Of a stretch of 64,000 bases of DNA, positions 10,611 to 20,358 are shown piece by piece. Position 1 is the first letter of the stretch. Each line of letters opens with the position of its first letter. Under the pieces are notes generated by a model, which was not told the DNA's origin, did not search any database, and saw nothing but the letters and a program-made list of their open reading frames with translations. Source of the stretch: Candidatus Latescibacterota bacterium (lineage in GTDB: Bacteria > Krumholzibacteriota > Krumholzibacteriia > WVZY01 > JAKEHA01); contig OY970173.1 of the NCBI GenBank assembly GCA_963707635.1, positions 288,001 through 352,000 of the forward strand. The letters run 5' to 3'. The position numbers and the translations under genes are program-made.

Positions 10611-11126
10611 CTACAGCGCGCTCTCGCGCCACTCGCCCATGCGGACCGACGACGATTCGAGAGTTGCGATCGCTTCGCACGCGATCGCTTCGCCGCGGCC
10701 GATCGCCCCCTTGCCTTCGAAGGTTGTGGCCTTGACGTTCACCTGTCCCGTCTCGATGCCCAGGTGTTCGGCGATCGCGGCTCTCATGTCACGCTTTCGT
10801 CCGCCGAGATGAACAACGTCGCACAGCACCGTACAGTCGACGTTCACAACCGCGTACCCGTTCTGGCGGACCATCGCGACAACTTGCGAAAGAAATTCGC
10901 TGCCGGGCGCGTTTTTCCACTGCTCGTCGGAGTCGGGAAAATGTTCGCCGATGTCGCCCAACGCCGCCGCCCCCAGGATCGCATCGCATATCGCGTGGCT
11001 CACGACGTCGGCGTCCGAATGCCCGGCGAGCCCCGCCGGCGCGTCGTCGATGAGGACGCAGCCGAGCATCAGCGGGCGATTGGCCGCCACCGCATGCACG
11101 TCGTATCCGATTCCGGTTCGAATCAT
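10611..11126 (-). CDS. ispF: 2-C-methyl-D-erythritol 2,4-cyclodiphosphate synthase
   Basis: GIGYDVH, GHSDADV..HAICDA.LGA..LGDIG.HFP, VNVKATT. Confidence 0.96.
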   Translation of the reverse strand: MIRTGIGYDVHAVAANRPLMLGCVLIDDAPAGLAGHSDADVVSHAICDAILGAAALGDIGEHFPDSDEQWKNAPGSEFLSQVVAMVRQNGYAVVNVDCTVLCDVVHLGGRKRDMRAAIAEHLGIETGQVNVKATTFEGKGAIGRGEAIACEAIATLESSSVRMGEWRESAL

Positions 11127-11812
11127 GCTGCCACTCCGTTCCGGAGGATCACCTCCGCCAGTCGCAAGTCTTCCGCGAACGTCACCTTGATGTTCGTGCG
11201 CTCACCCGCCACCGTGAACACCGGTTCCTTGAGCGCCAGCACCAGCGAACCGTCGTCGCTCGACTTGAAACCGCGCGCCGCGGCCTCACGGTGCGCGCGC
11301 AGGATCATATCCGCTCGAAACGCCTGCGGCGTCTGCACCCCGGAAACGTACACGCGATCGAGCACGGCGTCCACGCGGCCGTCTTCTTCCCGAATCAACG
11401 TGTCCGTGGACGGCACGGCGGGCACCACCGCGTCGTGGGTGGCGAGCGCGTCGAGCACGCGGTCGCGAAGCGACGCCGATAGACAGGGCCGCGCGGCGTC
11501 GTGGATCAGCACGTGCGTGGTCTCGCGCGGCAGAGCCTTCAGGCCGTTGAACGCGGATTCCTGCCGCGTCTCGCCGCCCGCGACCACGGCGCGCACCTTT
11601 CCGGCTGCCTCCGTGGGGAGCGACGCGCGCATTTCCTTTTCCGTCCCCGCCGCCGTCACCACGATCAGCGCGTCGACGCGCGGCGACTCCGCAAGCACGC
11701 GCGCCGACCACGCGATCATCGCGCGCCCGTTGATGGGTGCAAGCTGCTTGGGCACGCCGCCCTTGAATCGCTCGCCGGTGCCGCCGGCCATGATGAGAGC
11801 GGTGACAACCAT
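11123..11812 (-). CDS. ispD: 2-C-methyl-D-erythritol 4-phosphate cytidylyltransferase
   Basis: AGGTGERF..PKQ, GGETRQES, IHDAARP, QTPQAF, NIKVT; start could be 11812, 11824 or 11827. Confidence 0.95.
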   Translation of the reverse strand: MVVTALIMAGGTGERFKGGVPKQLAPINGRAMIAWSARVLAESPRVDALIVVTAAGTEKEMRASLPTEAAGKVRAVVAGGETRQESAFNGLKALPRETTHVLIHDAARPCLSASLRDRVLDALATHDAVVPAVPSTDTLIREEDGRVDAVLDRVYVSGVQTPQAFRADMILRAHREAAARGFKSSDDGSLVLALKEPVFTVAGERTNIKVTFAEDLRLAEVILRNGVAA

Positions 11813-11833
11813 CGCGGGAGCCATCATAGCACG

Positions 11834-12730
11834 CTAGAACAGGCTGAACTTCACGTAGCGGCCGGGATTCTTCTGGAGGTCCTGGATCAACGAGTCGAGG
11901 TCCGCGAGCGTCTTCTCCATGCGCAGCACGAAGGTCTCGTCGTTGAGGAGCCGGCCGGCGGACCCTTCGCCCGCGCGGAGCTTGGCGGTGATTTCCCGCA
12001 AATCGCCCGACACCACGGCGATGTTGTCGACCGCGATCTCGACGCGGCCGCCGGTGCGGCCCAGCGCAGCGAACGAGGAGTCGAGACCCGCGTAGTGAGT
12101 GGTGAGCAGGCTGTCCAGCATCGTTGAGGAGCGTTCGAAACGCACGATCGCGCGGTCGAGGCGGCCGCGGTTGCCCTCGGTCATCTCGCGCAGGTTCCGG
12201 CTCGTCGCCGCGAAATCGTCGACCCCCTCGCGCAATTTTCCTTCCGCTCCGAGCGTTTCGGCGATGTCGCGCAGCTGGCTCGTCGTCGCCTTGACATCGT
12301 CCAGCACGCCGCCGGCGGAGCCCATGACCTCCGACAACCCCATCATGAATTCGCCCACGATCGTGTCGCCGGGGGCGATGGCCTGCGGTGACACTCCCTG
12401 GCGGACCGCGACCACCCGTTCCCCCATGATGCCCAGGCTGTTCAGCGCCACGCGCGAGTCGTTCGGGATCGGCACCCCCACGCGAACCCCCATGTCGACG
12501 ACCACCTGGTCGGGTTCGAGGCTAATGGCCTCCACCCGCCCGCGCTCGACGCCGTTGATGTAGACGGGGTCGCCGACGACGAGACCGCCGACTTCGTTGA
12601 AGCGAACGAAGAAGTGATAGCGCTTCTCGGCCACCTGGAATTTCTGGAACCACATCGTGCCGATCACGGCGATCAGCGCCGCCAGCACGACCACGGCGCC
12701 CACACGAATCTCGATGCCGCGGCTGCTCAT
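11834..12730 (-). CDS. mlaD: MlaD/MCE family lipid transport protein
   Basis: N-terminal TM, GGLVVGDPVYINGVERGRV MCE motif, helical tail with GSAGRLLND. Confidence 0.9.
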   Translation of the reverse strand: MSSRGIEIRVGAVVVLAALIAVIGTMWFQKFQVAEKRYHFFVRFNEVGGLVVGDPVYINGVERGRVEAISLEPDQVVVDMGVRVGVPIPNDSRVALNSLGIMGERVVAVRQGVSPQAIAPGDTIVGEFMMGLSEVMGSAGGVLDDVKATTSQLRDIAETLGAEGKLREGVDDFAATSRNLREMTEGNRGRLDRAIVRFERSSTMLDSLLTTHYAGLDSSFAALGRTGGRVEIAVDNIAVVSGDLREITAKLRAGEGSAGRLLNDETFVLRMEKTLADLDSLIQDLQKNPGRYVKFSLF

Positions 12731-13488
12731 TCGGAGCTCCCGACGGCGATCGGCCCCTCCGCGCGCCCTTCGACGAACTGGCGGACCAGGGCGTGGGTGG
12801 TGCGCTTCACCTCGTCGGGCGTGCCTTCGAAAACGATGACGCCGTCGTGCAGCATGGCCATCCGGTCCGCGACCTTGTAGGCGCTCGCCAGATCGTGGGT
12901 CACGACCACGCTGGTGATCTTGAGTTCGCGGGCCAGTTTGATGATGAGGTTGTTGATCACGTCGGACATGATGGGGTCGAGGCCGGTGGTCGGTTCGTCG
13001 TAGAGCACGCAGTGTGGATTCATCGCGATCGCGCGGGCGAAGCCCACGCGCTTCTTCATGCCGCCCGAGAGCTCCGCGGGGAACTTGTCACCGACCGCGT
13101 CGAGGCCGACCATGTGGAGTTTCTCTCTGCAGATCCGCCGGATCTCTTCGTCTTCGTACTGGGTGTGCTCGCGCATGGCGAGCCCGACGTTCTCTTCGAC
13201 CGACAGCGAGTCGAACAACGCGGCGCCCTGGAACACCATACCAAAGCGCATCCGCAGCTCGAACAGTTTTCCGCGGCTCAATCGGGCCACGTCCACGCCG
13301 TCGACCAGCACGCGGCCGCGGTCCGGCGCCAGCAGGCCGACGATATGCTTGAGGAGCACGCTCTTTCCCGAGCCGCTCTGCCCCATGATGACGATGGTCT
13401 CGCCCGGGCGAATGGTGAGGTTCACTCCGCGCAACACGACCTTGCGCGAGAAGCTTTTCCAGACATCCTGGCATTCGATGGTGATCAT
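12727..13488 (-). CDS. mlaF: MlaF-type ABC transporter ATP-binding protein
   Basis: GQSGSGKS, FQGAALFDSL, LSGGMKKRV, YDEPTTGLDP. Confidence 0.93.
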   Translation of the reverse strand: MITIECQDVWKSFSRKVVLRGVNLTIRPGETIVIMGQSGSGKSVLLKHIVGLLAPDRGRVLVDGVDVARLSRGKLFELRMRFGMVFQGAALFDSLSVEENVGLAMREHTQYEDEEIRRICREKLHMVGLDAVGDKFPAELSGGMKKRVGFARAIAMNPHCVLYDEPTTGLDPIMSDVINNLIIKLARELKITSVVVTHDLASAYKVADRMAMLHDGVIVFEGTPDEVKRTTHALVRQFVEGRAEGPIAVGSSE

Positions 13489-13530
13489 GCCGGCCGCATT
13501 CTAGCACGCATTGTCCGCCGCAGACAGCAG

Positions 13531-13561
13531 AGGCCCGGGCGGCTGGTTTCCGCCCGGGCCT
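13531..13561 (-). terminator. Hairpin downstream of the secreted repeat-protein gene
   Basis: Perfect 12-bp inverted repeat AGGCCCGGGCGG/CCGCCCGGGCCT, 30 nt after the stop; weak U-tract. Confidence 0.55.
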
Positions 13562-13591
13562 CACTCAAACGTCGTGACCGTGCTCGTGTCG

Positions 13592-16027
13592 TCAGCGACG
13601 AATCACCATCTTGCGCGTCTGCGTCTCTCCCGCGGCGGTGACGCGATAGAAGTAGACGCCGCTGGGGAGCGCACGGCCGATCGCGTCGCGCCCGTCGAAT
13701 GGAATCGACTGCCAGCCCGCGCCCGCTCCCTTGATCCTTCCGCCGGCGACGCGCCGACCGGCCACGTCGTAGACGTCGAGGACGATGTCGCTCTGGCGCG
13801 GCAGCCCGACGCGCAGCGTGGTAGCGGCGCTGAACGGGTTGGGGTAGTTCGAGTCCAGCGCGAGACCGGCCAGTTTCGGCGTGCCGTCACCCACGCCGGT
13901 CGGAATCGTCACGCTGGCCTCGTTCGAGGGCGGGCTCTGGTTCGCATGCACGTCGACAGCCGTCACGATGTAGTAGAGGAATCCCGGCGGCGGGCTGATG
14001 TCGACGAGCACCGTGTCCGGCGTCCCGGTGACGAACGAGCCGGGCACCGGCTGCACGCCGGACATTGACGCGCGGTACACGGCGTACTGCTGGAAGTCGG
14101 GCTCGCCCGAGCCCGACGAATTCCAGGTGAGCAGGATGTCCGAGCCGACCCGCTGCGCCATTAGTGTCAGCGACGCCGCCGGCGCGAGGTTGTCGAGAGA
14201 ACGGCCGCTCGCCGGCGCAGAGACCCAGTATTCTTGCGGTGTGAAACCGTGCGCGATGACCTGGAAATAGTGGGGGTCGGGCGTGGTCGCGGTCGAGTCG
14301 AACTGCGTGGGCACCGTCTGCGCGTATCCGTTCAGATAGTACGCATCGACCGTCGACATGAGCTGCCAGTAGTAGGTCTCGCTCGCCGCGCTCTCGACAC
14401 GGATCGCCGCCGTCATGTCCGGGTCGATGGGATCGCCGGGGTGCACCAGCGTCGTGCCGGAGGAAAGAAACACCGCGGCCAGCGACGGGTTGATGGCGCG
14501 CCACACCGTGTAACGATCGATCGTCTGGTACGGCCACGGGTCAAAGCGACTCGCATCCCACGAGAGGTTCACTTCGCCGCCTTGATCGCCGGGAACGTCG
14601 GATGCGCTCACGATGTCCGGAGACGCGTAGCCCCAGTTGTTGAAGCGGTCGAGGCGCTGGGCGTAGACGTGTTGCGTGCCCATGCGGTTGTCCCACCACG
14701 CCACGATCGCGCCGCCGACTCCGTCGCTCGCAATGCGTGGGTCCATTTGGGCGCTGGGGAGCAGGCCCAGCGGCACGCCGTTCGCTGTCCCCTGGGGGGC
14801 GCCCGACGCGTCGATCCGGCGGGCGTACACGTCGCGGGTCGCGCTAAACCGCTGGTCCGACCACGAGACGATGGCGCCGCCCAGTTCGTCGCCCACAATG
14901 TGTGGATCATCCTGTTCGGCGGGCGCCGTGCAGAGCGCGACTCCGGCCGCTGCCCAGAGCAGACCACCCGAGTAGTTGACCCGCTGCGCATAGATGTCGC
15001 CATTGCCACTACGCGTGTCATGCCACGTGATGATGGCTCCGTTCGAGCCGTCACTTACAATCTGTGGAGCGTACTCGCCTCCGTTGCCCGACGTGAGGCT
15101 CACGCCGTTGACCGCCCACTGTGGAGTGCCAGAGTTGGCCAGCCGCTGGGCGAAGGTGTCGGTGAGGCCCGTGCGATTGTCCTCCCAGGTCGCGATCGCG
15201 CCACCGGCGCCGTCGCTTACGATCTCGACGGCAACCTGATTCTGACCCGCACCGCACAGCTGGATTCCGTCGAGGTTCCAGTAGAAATTGCCGTTCGAAT
15301 CGATCCGCTGGGCATAGATGTCGTACTGGGCACCGTTGCGGAAGTCCTCCCACACCACGAACGCCCCACCCGATGCGTCGTCGATCAGTTTGGGCCGGAA
15401 CTGGTTGGACACATTTGTGCACACGGGCTTCCCGTCGCCGAGCCACAGCACGTTACCCGCCGGGTCGACGCGTTGCGCGTAGATGTCCCAATTGCTGAGC
15501 GTCCTTACGTCGTGCCACGTGATGATCACCCCACCCGCACCGTCACTCGTAGCTTGGGGGGCCTGCTGGTTGAGCGTGGCGGTGCATACCGCCACTCCAT
15601 TCAGAGCCCAGATGGCGCTTCCGTTTGCGCCCAACCGTTGCGCGTAAATATCGAAATCGCTGGAACTCCGGAGGTCCTCCCACACCACGACGGCGCCGCC
15701 GGCACCGTCGCTGATCACCCGCGGGTACATTTGGTCTCCGGACAACATACAGACGGGGACGCCGTTCGCCTGCCACACCGGCTGACCCCAGGCGTTGATG
15801 CGCTGGGCCCAGATGTCGTAATCCTGGCCGCTGCGCGTGTCCATCCACACGGCGATCACGCCGCCCTGGCCGTCACTGACGACCTCGGGGTACTGCTGGT
15901 TGTTTTGCGCCATACACACGGGCGCTCCGTTCAAGAGCCACTGCGATGCTTGTGCCGCTGCAAATGCGGCGGCACTCAGCACAAGAACGATGGTGAGGGT
16001 GATCACACTGCGGTGGGTGCGGTCCAT
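13592..16027 (-). CDS. Secreted repeat protein (8 x ~55 aa, probable beta-propeller) with FN3-like and FlgD/T9SS-like C-terminal domains
   Basis: Signal peptide; eight repeats of W..NG..VC....Q..P....DG.GG....W.D.R.....DIYAQR; C-terminal NYPNPF...YDVAGRRV...SGVYFYRV. Confidence 0.85.
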   Translation of the reverse strand: MDRTHRSVITLTIVLVLSAAAFAAAQASQWLLNGAPVCMAQNNQQYPEVVSDGQGGVIAVWMDTRSGQDYDIWAQRINAWGQPVWQANGVPVCMLSGDQMYPRVISDGAGGAVVVWEDLRSSSDFDIYAQRLGANGSAIWALNGVAVCTATLNQQAPQATSDGAGGVIITWHDVRTLSNWDIYAQRVDPAGNVLWLGDGKPVCTNVSNQFRPKLIDDASGGAFVVWEDFRNGAQYDIYAQRIDSNGNFYWNLDGIQLCGAGQNQVAVEIVSDGAGGAIATWEDNRTGLTDTFAQRLANSGTPQWAVNGVSLTSGNGGEYAPQIVSDGSNGAIITWHDTRSGNGDIYAQRVNYSGGLLWAAAGVALCTAPAEQDDPHIVGDELGGAIVSWSDQRFSATRDVYARRIDASGAPQGTANGVPLGLLPSAQMDPRIASDGVGGAIVAWWDNRMGTQHVYAQRLDRFNNWGYASPDIVSASDVPGDQGGEVNLSWDASRFDPWPYQTIDRYTVWRAINPSLAAVFLSSGTTLVHPGDPIDPDMTAAIRVESAASETYYWQLMSTVDAYYLNGYAQTVPTQFDSTATTPDPHYFQVIAHGFTPQEYWVSAPASGRSLDNLAPAASLTLMAQRVGSDILLTWNSSGSGEPDFQQYAVYRASMSGVQPVPGSFVTGTPDTVLVDISPPPGFLYYIVTAVDVHANQSPPSNEASVTIPTGVGDGTPKLAGLALDSNYPNPFSAATTLRVGLPRQSDIVLDVYDVAGRRVAGGRIKGAGAGWQSIPFDGRDAIGRALPSGVYFYRVTAAGETQTRKMVIRR

Positions 16028-16084
16028 AATCCACCTCTCTGGCGAAGCCGGGTGGCTCCGGTGGGCGTTCACTGCGAGGTGGTC

Positions 16085-16113
16085 ATTATGCCCCGGCGCG
16101 GCGCGGGCGTCAA
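16085..16113 (-). promoter_or_regulatory. sigma70-type promoter of the secreted repeat-protein gene
   Basis: TTGACG-17 nt-CATAAT overlapping the mlaE stop codon. Confidence 0.65.
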
Positions 16114-16913
16114 TCGCCCTTGTAGAAGATGACGCGGAAGAGGACCGAGGCGAGGAAGTAGTTGGTGATCAGAATGCAAATGCAGCTGCTGACGACGGCG
16201 TGCATGGTCGCCTTCCCGACCCCTTGCGCGCCGCCGTAGGTTCGAAAGCCGTTGTAGCACCCCATCAGGCCGATGATGCCACCGAATGTGGCCGCCTTCA
16301 GGATGCCGCTGATGACGTCGTCTACGTAGAAGAACATCCGTAGTCCCTCGACGAACGTGGCCGTGCTCACGCCGATCGACGCCTGCGCGACCAACATGCC
16401 GCCGAGGATCGCGAGGAGGTCGGAGAAGATCGTGAGCACCGGCAGCATCACCACGCACGCCACCACCCGCGGCATCACCAGGTAACGCATCGGGTCGATG
16501 GCGAGGAGCTCCATCGCGTCGATCTGCTCCGTCACCTTCATGGTGCCGAGCTCCGCCGCGATGGACGCGCTGACGCGTCCGCCCACTACCAGCGCCGTGA
16601 GCACGGGACCGAGCTCGAGGATTACCGACTTCCCGACCACGGTGCCCAGGAAGACCATCGGCACGTAGTCCTGGAACTGATACGCGGCCTGGACGGCGGC
16701 AACCGCGCCCACGAAGATCGAGGTGACGATGACGAGCGGGATGGAACCGATGCCGACGAGCTCCATCTGGATCAGAGTTTGGCGGGCGGTTCGCGGGAGT
16801 TCCTTGAGCCGGGCGAAGATCCCGGCGAGCATGATCGACGATCCGCCCACGTCGCGGAGAAAACTAAGGACCGAGATTCCGACAGCCCGAAACGCGTTTC
16901 GCAGGGTCGACAT
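16110..16913 (-). CDS. mlaE: MlaE family ABC permease
   Basis: ELGPVLTALVVGGRVSASIAAELGTMKVTEQIDA...PR..A, GAQGVGKAT. Confidence 0.95.
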   Translation of the reverse strand: MSTLRNAFRAVGISVLSFLRDVGGSSIMLAGIFARLKELPRTARQTLIQMELVGIGSIPLVIVTSIFVGAVAAVQAAYQFQDYVPMVFLGTVVGKSVILELGPVLTALVVGGRVSASIAAELGTMKVTEQIDAMELLAIDPMRYLVMPRVVACVVMLPVLTIFSDLLAILGGMLVAQASIGVSTATFVEGLRMFFYVDDVISGILKAATFGGIIGLMGCYNGFRTYGGAQGVGKATMHAVVSSCICILITNYFLASVLFRVIFYKGD

Positions 16914-16930
16914 GCGCGTGTCGTTCTCTA

Positions 16931-18298
16931 CTATTCTCCGAATGCCGCCGCCTCGAAGCGCGTGCAGGAATCGATGAAGGTGAGGTTCACCGTACCGGTC
17001 GGGCCGTTGCGCTGCTTGCCGATGATCAGCTCCGCCTTGCCGCGGTTCTCGCTTTCGGGTCCTTCATAAACCTCGGGGCGATAGAGGAACAACACGAGAT
17101 CGCTATCCTGCTCGATCGAGCCCGATTCACGCAGGTCCGACAGCAGCGGCCGCTTGTCGCCGCCGCGCGATTCCACCGCGCGCGAAAGCTGCGAGAGCGC
17201 GATCACCGGGATGTTCAATTCCTTGGCGAGCGCCTTCATGCCGCGCGAGATGAGCGAGATCTGCTGCTGGCGGTTCTCGGTGCGCTCATTGACACTGACC
17301 AGCTGGAGGTAATCGACCATTAGCATGCCGATGTTCGCCTCGGCTTTCAACCGGCGCGCCTTGGCGCGCAGCTCCAGCGTCGAGAGGCCCGGCGAGTCGT
17401 CGATGTAGATCGGCGCCTCGGCCAGGTAGCCCGCCACGATCGCAAGCTCCGCGTACTCGTTCGCCTTCAGATAGCCGCGGCGCAGCTTATTGGAATCGAT
17501 GCGCGCCTCGCTGCACAACAGTCGCGTCACCAGCTGCTCCGCCGACATTTCCAGGCTGAAGATACCCACCGGCGTCTTCTGCCGGATCGCCAGGTGCTGG
17601 CAGAGATTCAGCGCGAACGAGGTCTTCCCCATGCCGGGGCGACCCGCGACGATGATGAGGTCCGATTTCTGGAAGCCCGAGGTCAGCGAGTCGAGATCCT
17701 CGAACGGCGAGGGCATGCCCGAGATGTGGCTCCCGCTCTGGTAGAGTTCCTCGATGTTCTTGAAGTGCTCGCGGAGAATCTTGCCGATCGGCTCGAAGCC
17801 CTTGAACATCCCCTGCTGCGCGATCTCGAAGATATGCTTCTCCGCCTCGTCGAGAATCACGGCGGCCTCGCGCTCGCCCTGGAAGCACTGCGTGCTCACG
17901 TCACTGCAGATCGTGATGAGGCGGCGCATCACGAACTTCTCGAGCACGATGTTGGCGTAGTGCTCCACGTTCGCGGCCGTGTGCACGCTGTCCATGATCT
18001 GGGTCAGATAGGCGGCGCCGCCCGTGGACTGATACGTCCCGCGCTGCTTCATCTCTTCGGAGAGTGTCACGACGTCGATCGCCTCGCCGCGCCCCGCGAG
18101 CCCTTCCATCGCGGCGAAGATGTCCGCGTGCGGCTTTCGATAGAACGCGCCCGACGAGATGCTCTCGGTCGCGATCGAGAAGGAGTTGTTATCGAGCAGC
18201 ACCGCTCCGAGCACGGCCATCTCCGCTTCGACGGACTGCGGCGGCACGCGCCCGGGTGCGGGCGGTTGACTGGATATGGCGCGAACGGCGTCGGTCAC
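16931..18298 (-). CDS. dnaB: Replicative DNA helicase
   Basis: PPQSVEAE, GRPGMGKT, FSLEM, DYLQL, LSQLSR, LSDLRESGSIEQD, KQRNGPTG. Confidence 0.98.
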   Translation of the reverse strand: MTDAVRAISSQPPAPGRVPPQSVEAEMAVLGAVLLDNNSFSIATESISSGAFYRKPHADIFAAMEGLAGRGEAIDVVTLSEEMKQRGTYQSTGGAAYLTQIMDSVHTAANVEHYANIVLEKFVMRRLITICSDVSTQCFQGEREAAVILDEAEKHIFEIAQQGMFKGFEPIGKILREHFKNIEELYQSGSHISGMPSPFEDLDSLTSGFQKSDLIIVAGRPGMGKTSFALNLCQHLAIRQKTPVGIFSLEMSAEQLVTRLLCSEARIDSNKLRRGYLKANEYAELAIVAGYLAEAPIYIDDSPGLSTLELRAKARRLKAEANIGMLMVDYLQLVSVNERTENRQQQISLISRGMKALAKELNIPVIALSQLSRAVESRGGDKRPLLSDLRESGSIEQDSDLVLFLYRPEVYEGPESENRGKAELIIGKQRNGPTGTVNLTFIDSCTRFEAAAFGE

Positions 18299-18365
18299 GA
18301 GTTGCCTCCGGCCCGGAGTCTAGCTCACGCGCGCCGGTGAAAGGAAGGGCGAGGGGAACAATTCC

Positions 18366-18396
18366 GGTGGATACGGTGTGGACAGCGTGTGGACAG
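18366..18396 (-). promoter_or_regulatory. Three DnaA-box-like 9-mers at 11-bp spacing upstream of dnaB
   Basis: + strand GGTGGATAC (18366), TGTGGACAG (18377), TGTGGACAG (18388), compared with TGTGGATAA/TGTGGACAA. Confidence 0.55.
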
Positions 18397-18471
18397 GCGT
18401 CCGCCGGGGCGTTACCGCGACGCTGTTTGGCTCGGTGTAACCGTCCCCCGGTCGACGTCGAGGGGCGGCCC

Positions 18472-18933
18472 CTATTTCCGCACGTACGTCCCGTCGAAGA
18501 GCGTCTTCCACTCCTTGCCGTCTTGCGACATCTCCATGCGCGAGATTATGCGTTTCTCCTTCGAGAAATCGTGCGTCATGCGCGCGTGCATCCCGGGGCC
18601 GCCGTGACCGAGCGTCAGAACGTCTCCGTCGAAGGTGCCCTTGAACACTTCGGGTGGGGAGCCCATGCTGTCGAACCAGTGCAGCACGTAGCACGCTTCC
18701 TTCGCGTCATAGGTGTACACCGCGTGTCCCGCGTACGTGATCGCGCCAGCGCGCTCCTGCTCGTAGTCGTAGATCACCGCGAAGCCATCCAGCGCCTGGC
18801 GGGTGTTCATGCGTCCGGTCGCTTTTCCGCCCTTCGGGTCCCATTCCGACGGATGCATTATCTCGTCACCCTGCCACTGGCCGACGAGCTTCTTGAGTTT
18901 GAGGTGTTGATCGGTGGGTTTCGGCATGTCCAT
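18472..18933 (-). CDS. DUF1579 family protein (cytoplasmic)
   Basis: SD AAGGAGG; PKPTDQHLKLKKLVGQW, WFDSMG, SQDGKEW patterns. Confidence 0.8.
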   Translation of the reverse strand: MDMPKPTDQHLKLKKLVGQWQGDEIMHPSEWDPKGGKATGRMNTRQALDGFAVIYDYEQERAGAITYAGHAVYTYDAKEACYVLHWFDSMGSPPEVFKGTFDGDVLTLGHGGPGMHARMTHDFSKEKRIISRMEMSQDGKEWKTLFDGTYVRK

Positions 18934-19005
18934 GAGGTTCCTCCTTGCGGTCGCATTTTGACACATCTCACGGGGACTTCAGCAGTCATCGACTGCTCCA
19001 TTTCT

Positions 19006-19563
19006 TTATGGGCTCAAGGTAATGAGCGACCCGTGGCAGTCCAAGTACGTGTAATACGGTCGTCCATAGAACCGGATCAATACTAGCGGCTCCTTCGGAA
19101 TACAATCCAGTGTCTTAGTGATGTCGCGGGCCTTTCGCGCCAGCTTGCTCGTGCCCGGCTCGACGCGATCGAGCCTAAAATCCGTTTTGGTCGAGTCCAT
19201 CCGGACACACGTCGAATCCCGATTGGTTGCAAACACAAGCGTGTACGCGACCGAGTCTGTGTCACTCAGGGTAATGTGATACTGCCGCCAGCAACCCAAC
19301 TCACGATAGTCCGTCTTGCCGCCGACATGAACGTCATCTCCGTAAGCTGGTCGCAGTTTGATTTCGACTGCAACCGGCGGCCAGGCGAGGTGCGTGCCCG
19401 GCGCGCATTCCCCGGTTGCCTTAAGACTCTCAGCCGTCTGCTCAACGATCCGCTTCTTCTCATTGGAGAGTGGCCACCAATCCTTGTACGGCCCTCCACT
19501 GTAGTGCTTTGGCGGGAGCGTGAGGACTAAGACAAGCAGGAGTTGAACGACGACCGGCATCAT
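19006..19563 (-). CDS. Hypothetical exported protein, atypical codon usage
   Basis: Fills the udg-DUF1579 gap; hydrophobic N-terminus; many A/T-ending codons; no recognised family. Confidence 0.55.
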   Translation of the reverse strand: MMPVVVQLLLVLVLTLPPKHYSGGPYKDWWPLSNEKKRIVEQTAESLKATGECAPGTHLAWPPVAVEIKLRPAYGDDVHVGGKTDYRELGCWRQYHITLSDTDSVAYTLVFATNRDSTCVRMDSTKTDFRLDRVEPGTSKLARKARDITKTLDCIPKEPLVLIRFYGRPYYTYLDCHGSLITLSP

Positions 19564-19573
19564 GCCGCCTTAT

Positions 19574-20287
19574 TTACGCGTCTTTCAACAGCGCCATCAA
19601 CTTCTTCATGTCCTCCCAGCACGGTGCTTTGAAGGCGGGGTTTCGCAGCAGCGCGGCCGGGTGATAGGTGACGATCACAGGAATTCCTTCGTAGCGATAC
19701 TGGCCGCTGCGCATCGCGCCCAGCGGCGCGTCGGTCTTCAAGAGCCAGTGCGCGGCGATGCGGCCGAGCGCGCAGATGTACTTGGGCTGGATCAGCGCGA
19801 TCTGCGCGCGCAGGTACTCCTCGCAGCACTCCACTTCCGCCGGCAGCGGGTCGCGATTCTGGGGCGGGCGGCACTTGAGCACGTTGGCGATGTAGACGTC
19901 TTCCCGCTTCATCCCCATCGCCGCGATGATCTTGTTCAGCAACTGTCCGGCCCGCCCGACGAACGGCTCACCCTTCGCATCTTCGTCGGCACCGGGAGCC
20001 TCGCCGATGAACAGGAGTTTCGCGTGGGGATTACCGACGCCAAAGACGGTCTGGGTCCGACTCTGGTGAAGCGCGCAGCGGGTACACACCGACACGGTCT
20101 TCGCGAGCGCGGCGAGGTCGGCGGACGCTCCCGGCGGGGTGGCGGGCACGCGGGGCGAAGGCACGGTGATCGACAGGTCCGATTGAGGCAGCGCCGCCCC
20201 CTCCAGGTACACGGAACGAATCCCCTTCGCCTGAAGACGCTTGAGCGCGGACAGGGCTTCCCGGCGGGTCTCGGTGCGGTCGGTCAT
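19574..20287 (-). CDS. Uracil-DNA glycosylase, family 4 (4Fe-4S)
   Basis: [44 protein letters not shown]. Confidence 0.95.
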   Translation of the reverse strand: MTDRTETRREALSALKRLQAKGIRSVYLEGAALPQSDLSITVPSPRVPATPPGASADLAALAKTVSVCTRCALHQSRTQTVFGVGNPHAKLLFIGEAPGADEDAKGEPFVGRAGQLLNKIIAAMGMKREDVYIANVLKCRPPQNRDPLPAEVECCEEYLRAQIALIQPKYICALGRIAAHWLLKTDAPLGAMRSGQYRYEGIPVIVTYHPAALLRNPAFKAPCWEDMKKLMALLKDA

Positions 20288-20358
20288 GCAGGCAGACTAG
20301 CGGTTCCGGTGCCGGCCGGCAAGCCGGCTCGGAAACATGCGAGTCGGTCGCGCGGGAA

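Noticed and set aside
14600..15950. Periodic similarity at ~165-nt intervals
   Set aside because: These are the coding repeats of the secreted protein, diverged at the DNA level; not CRISPR.
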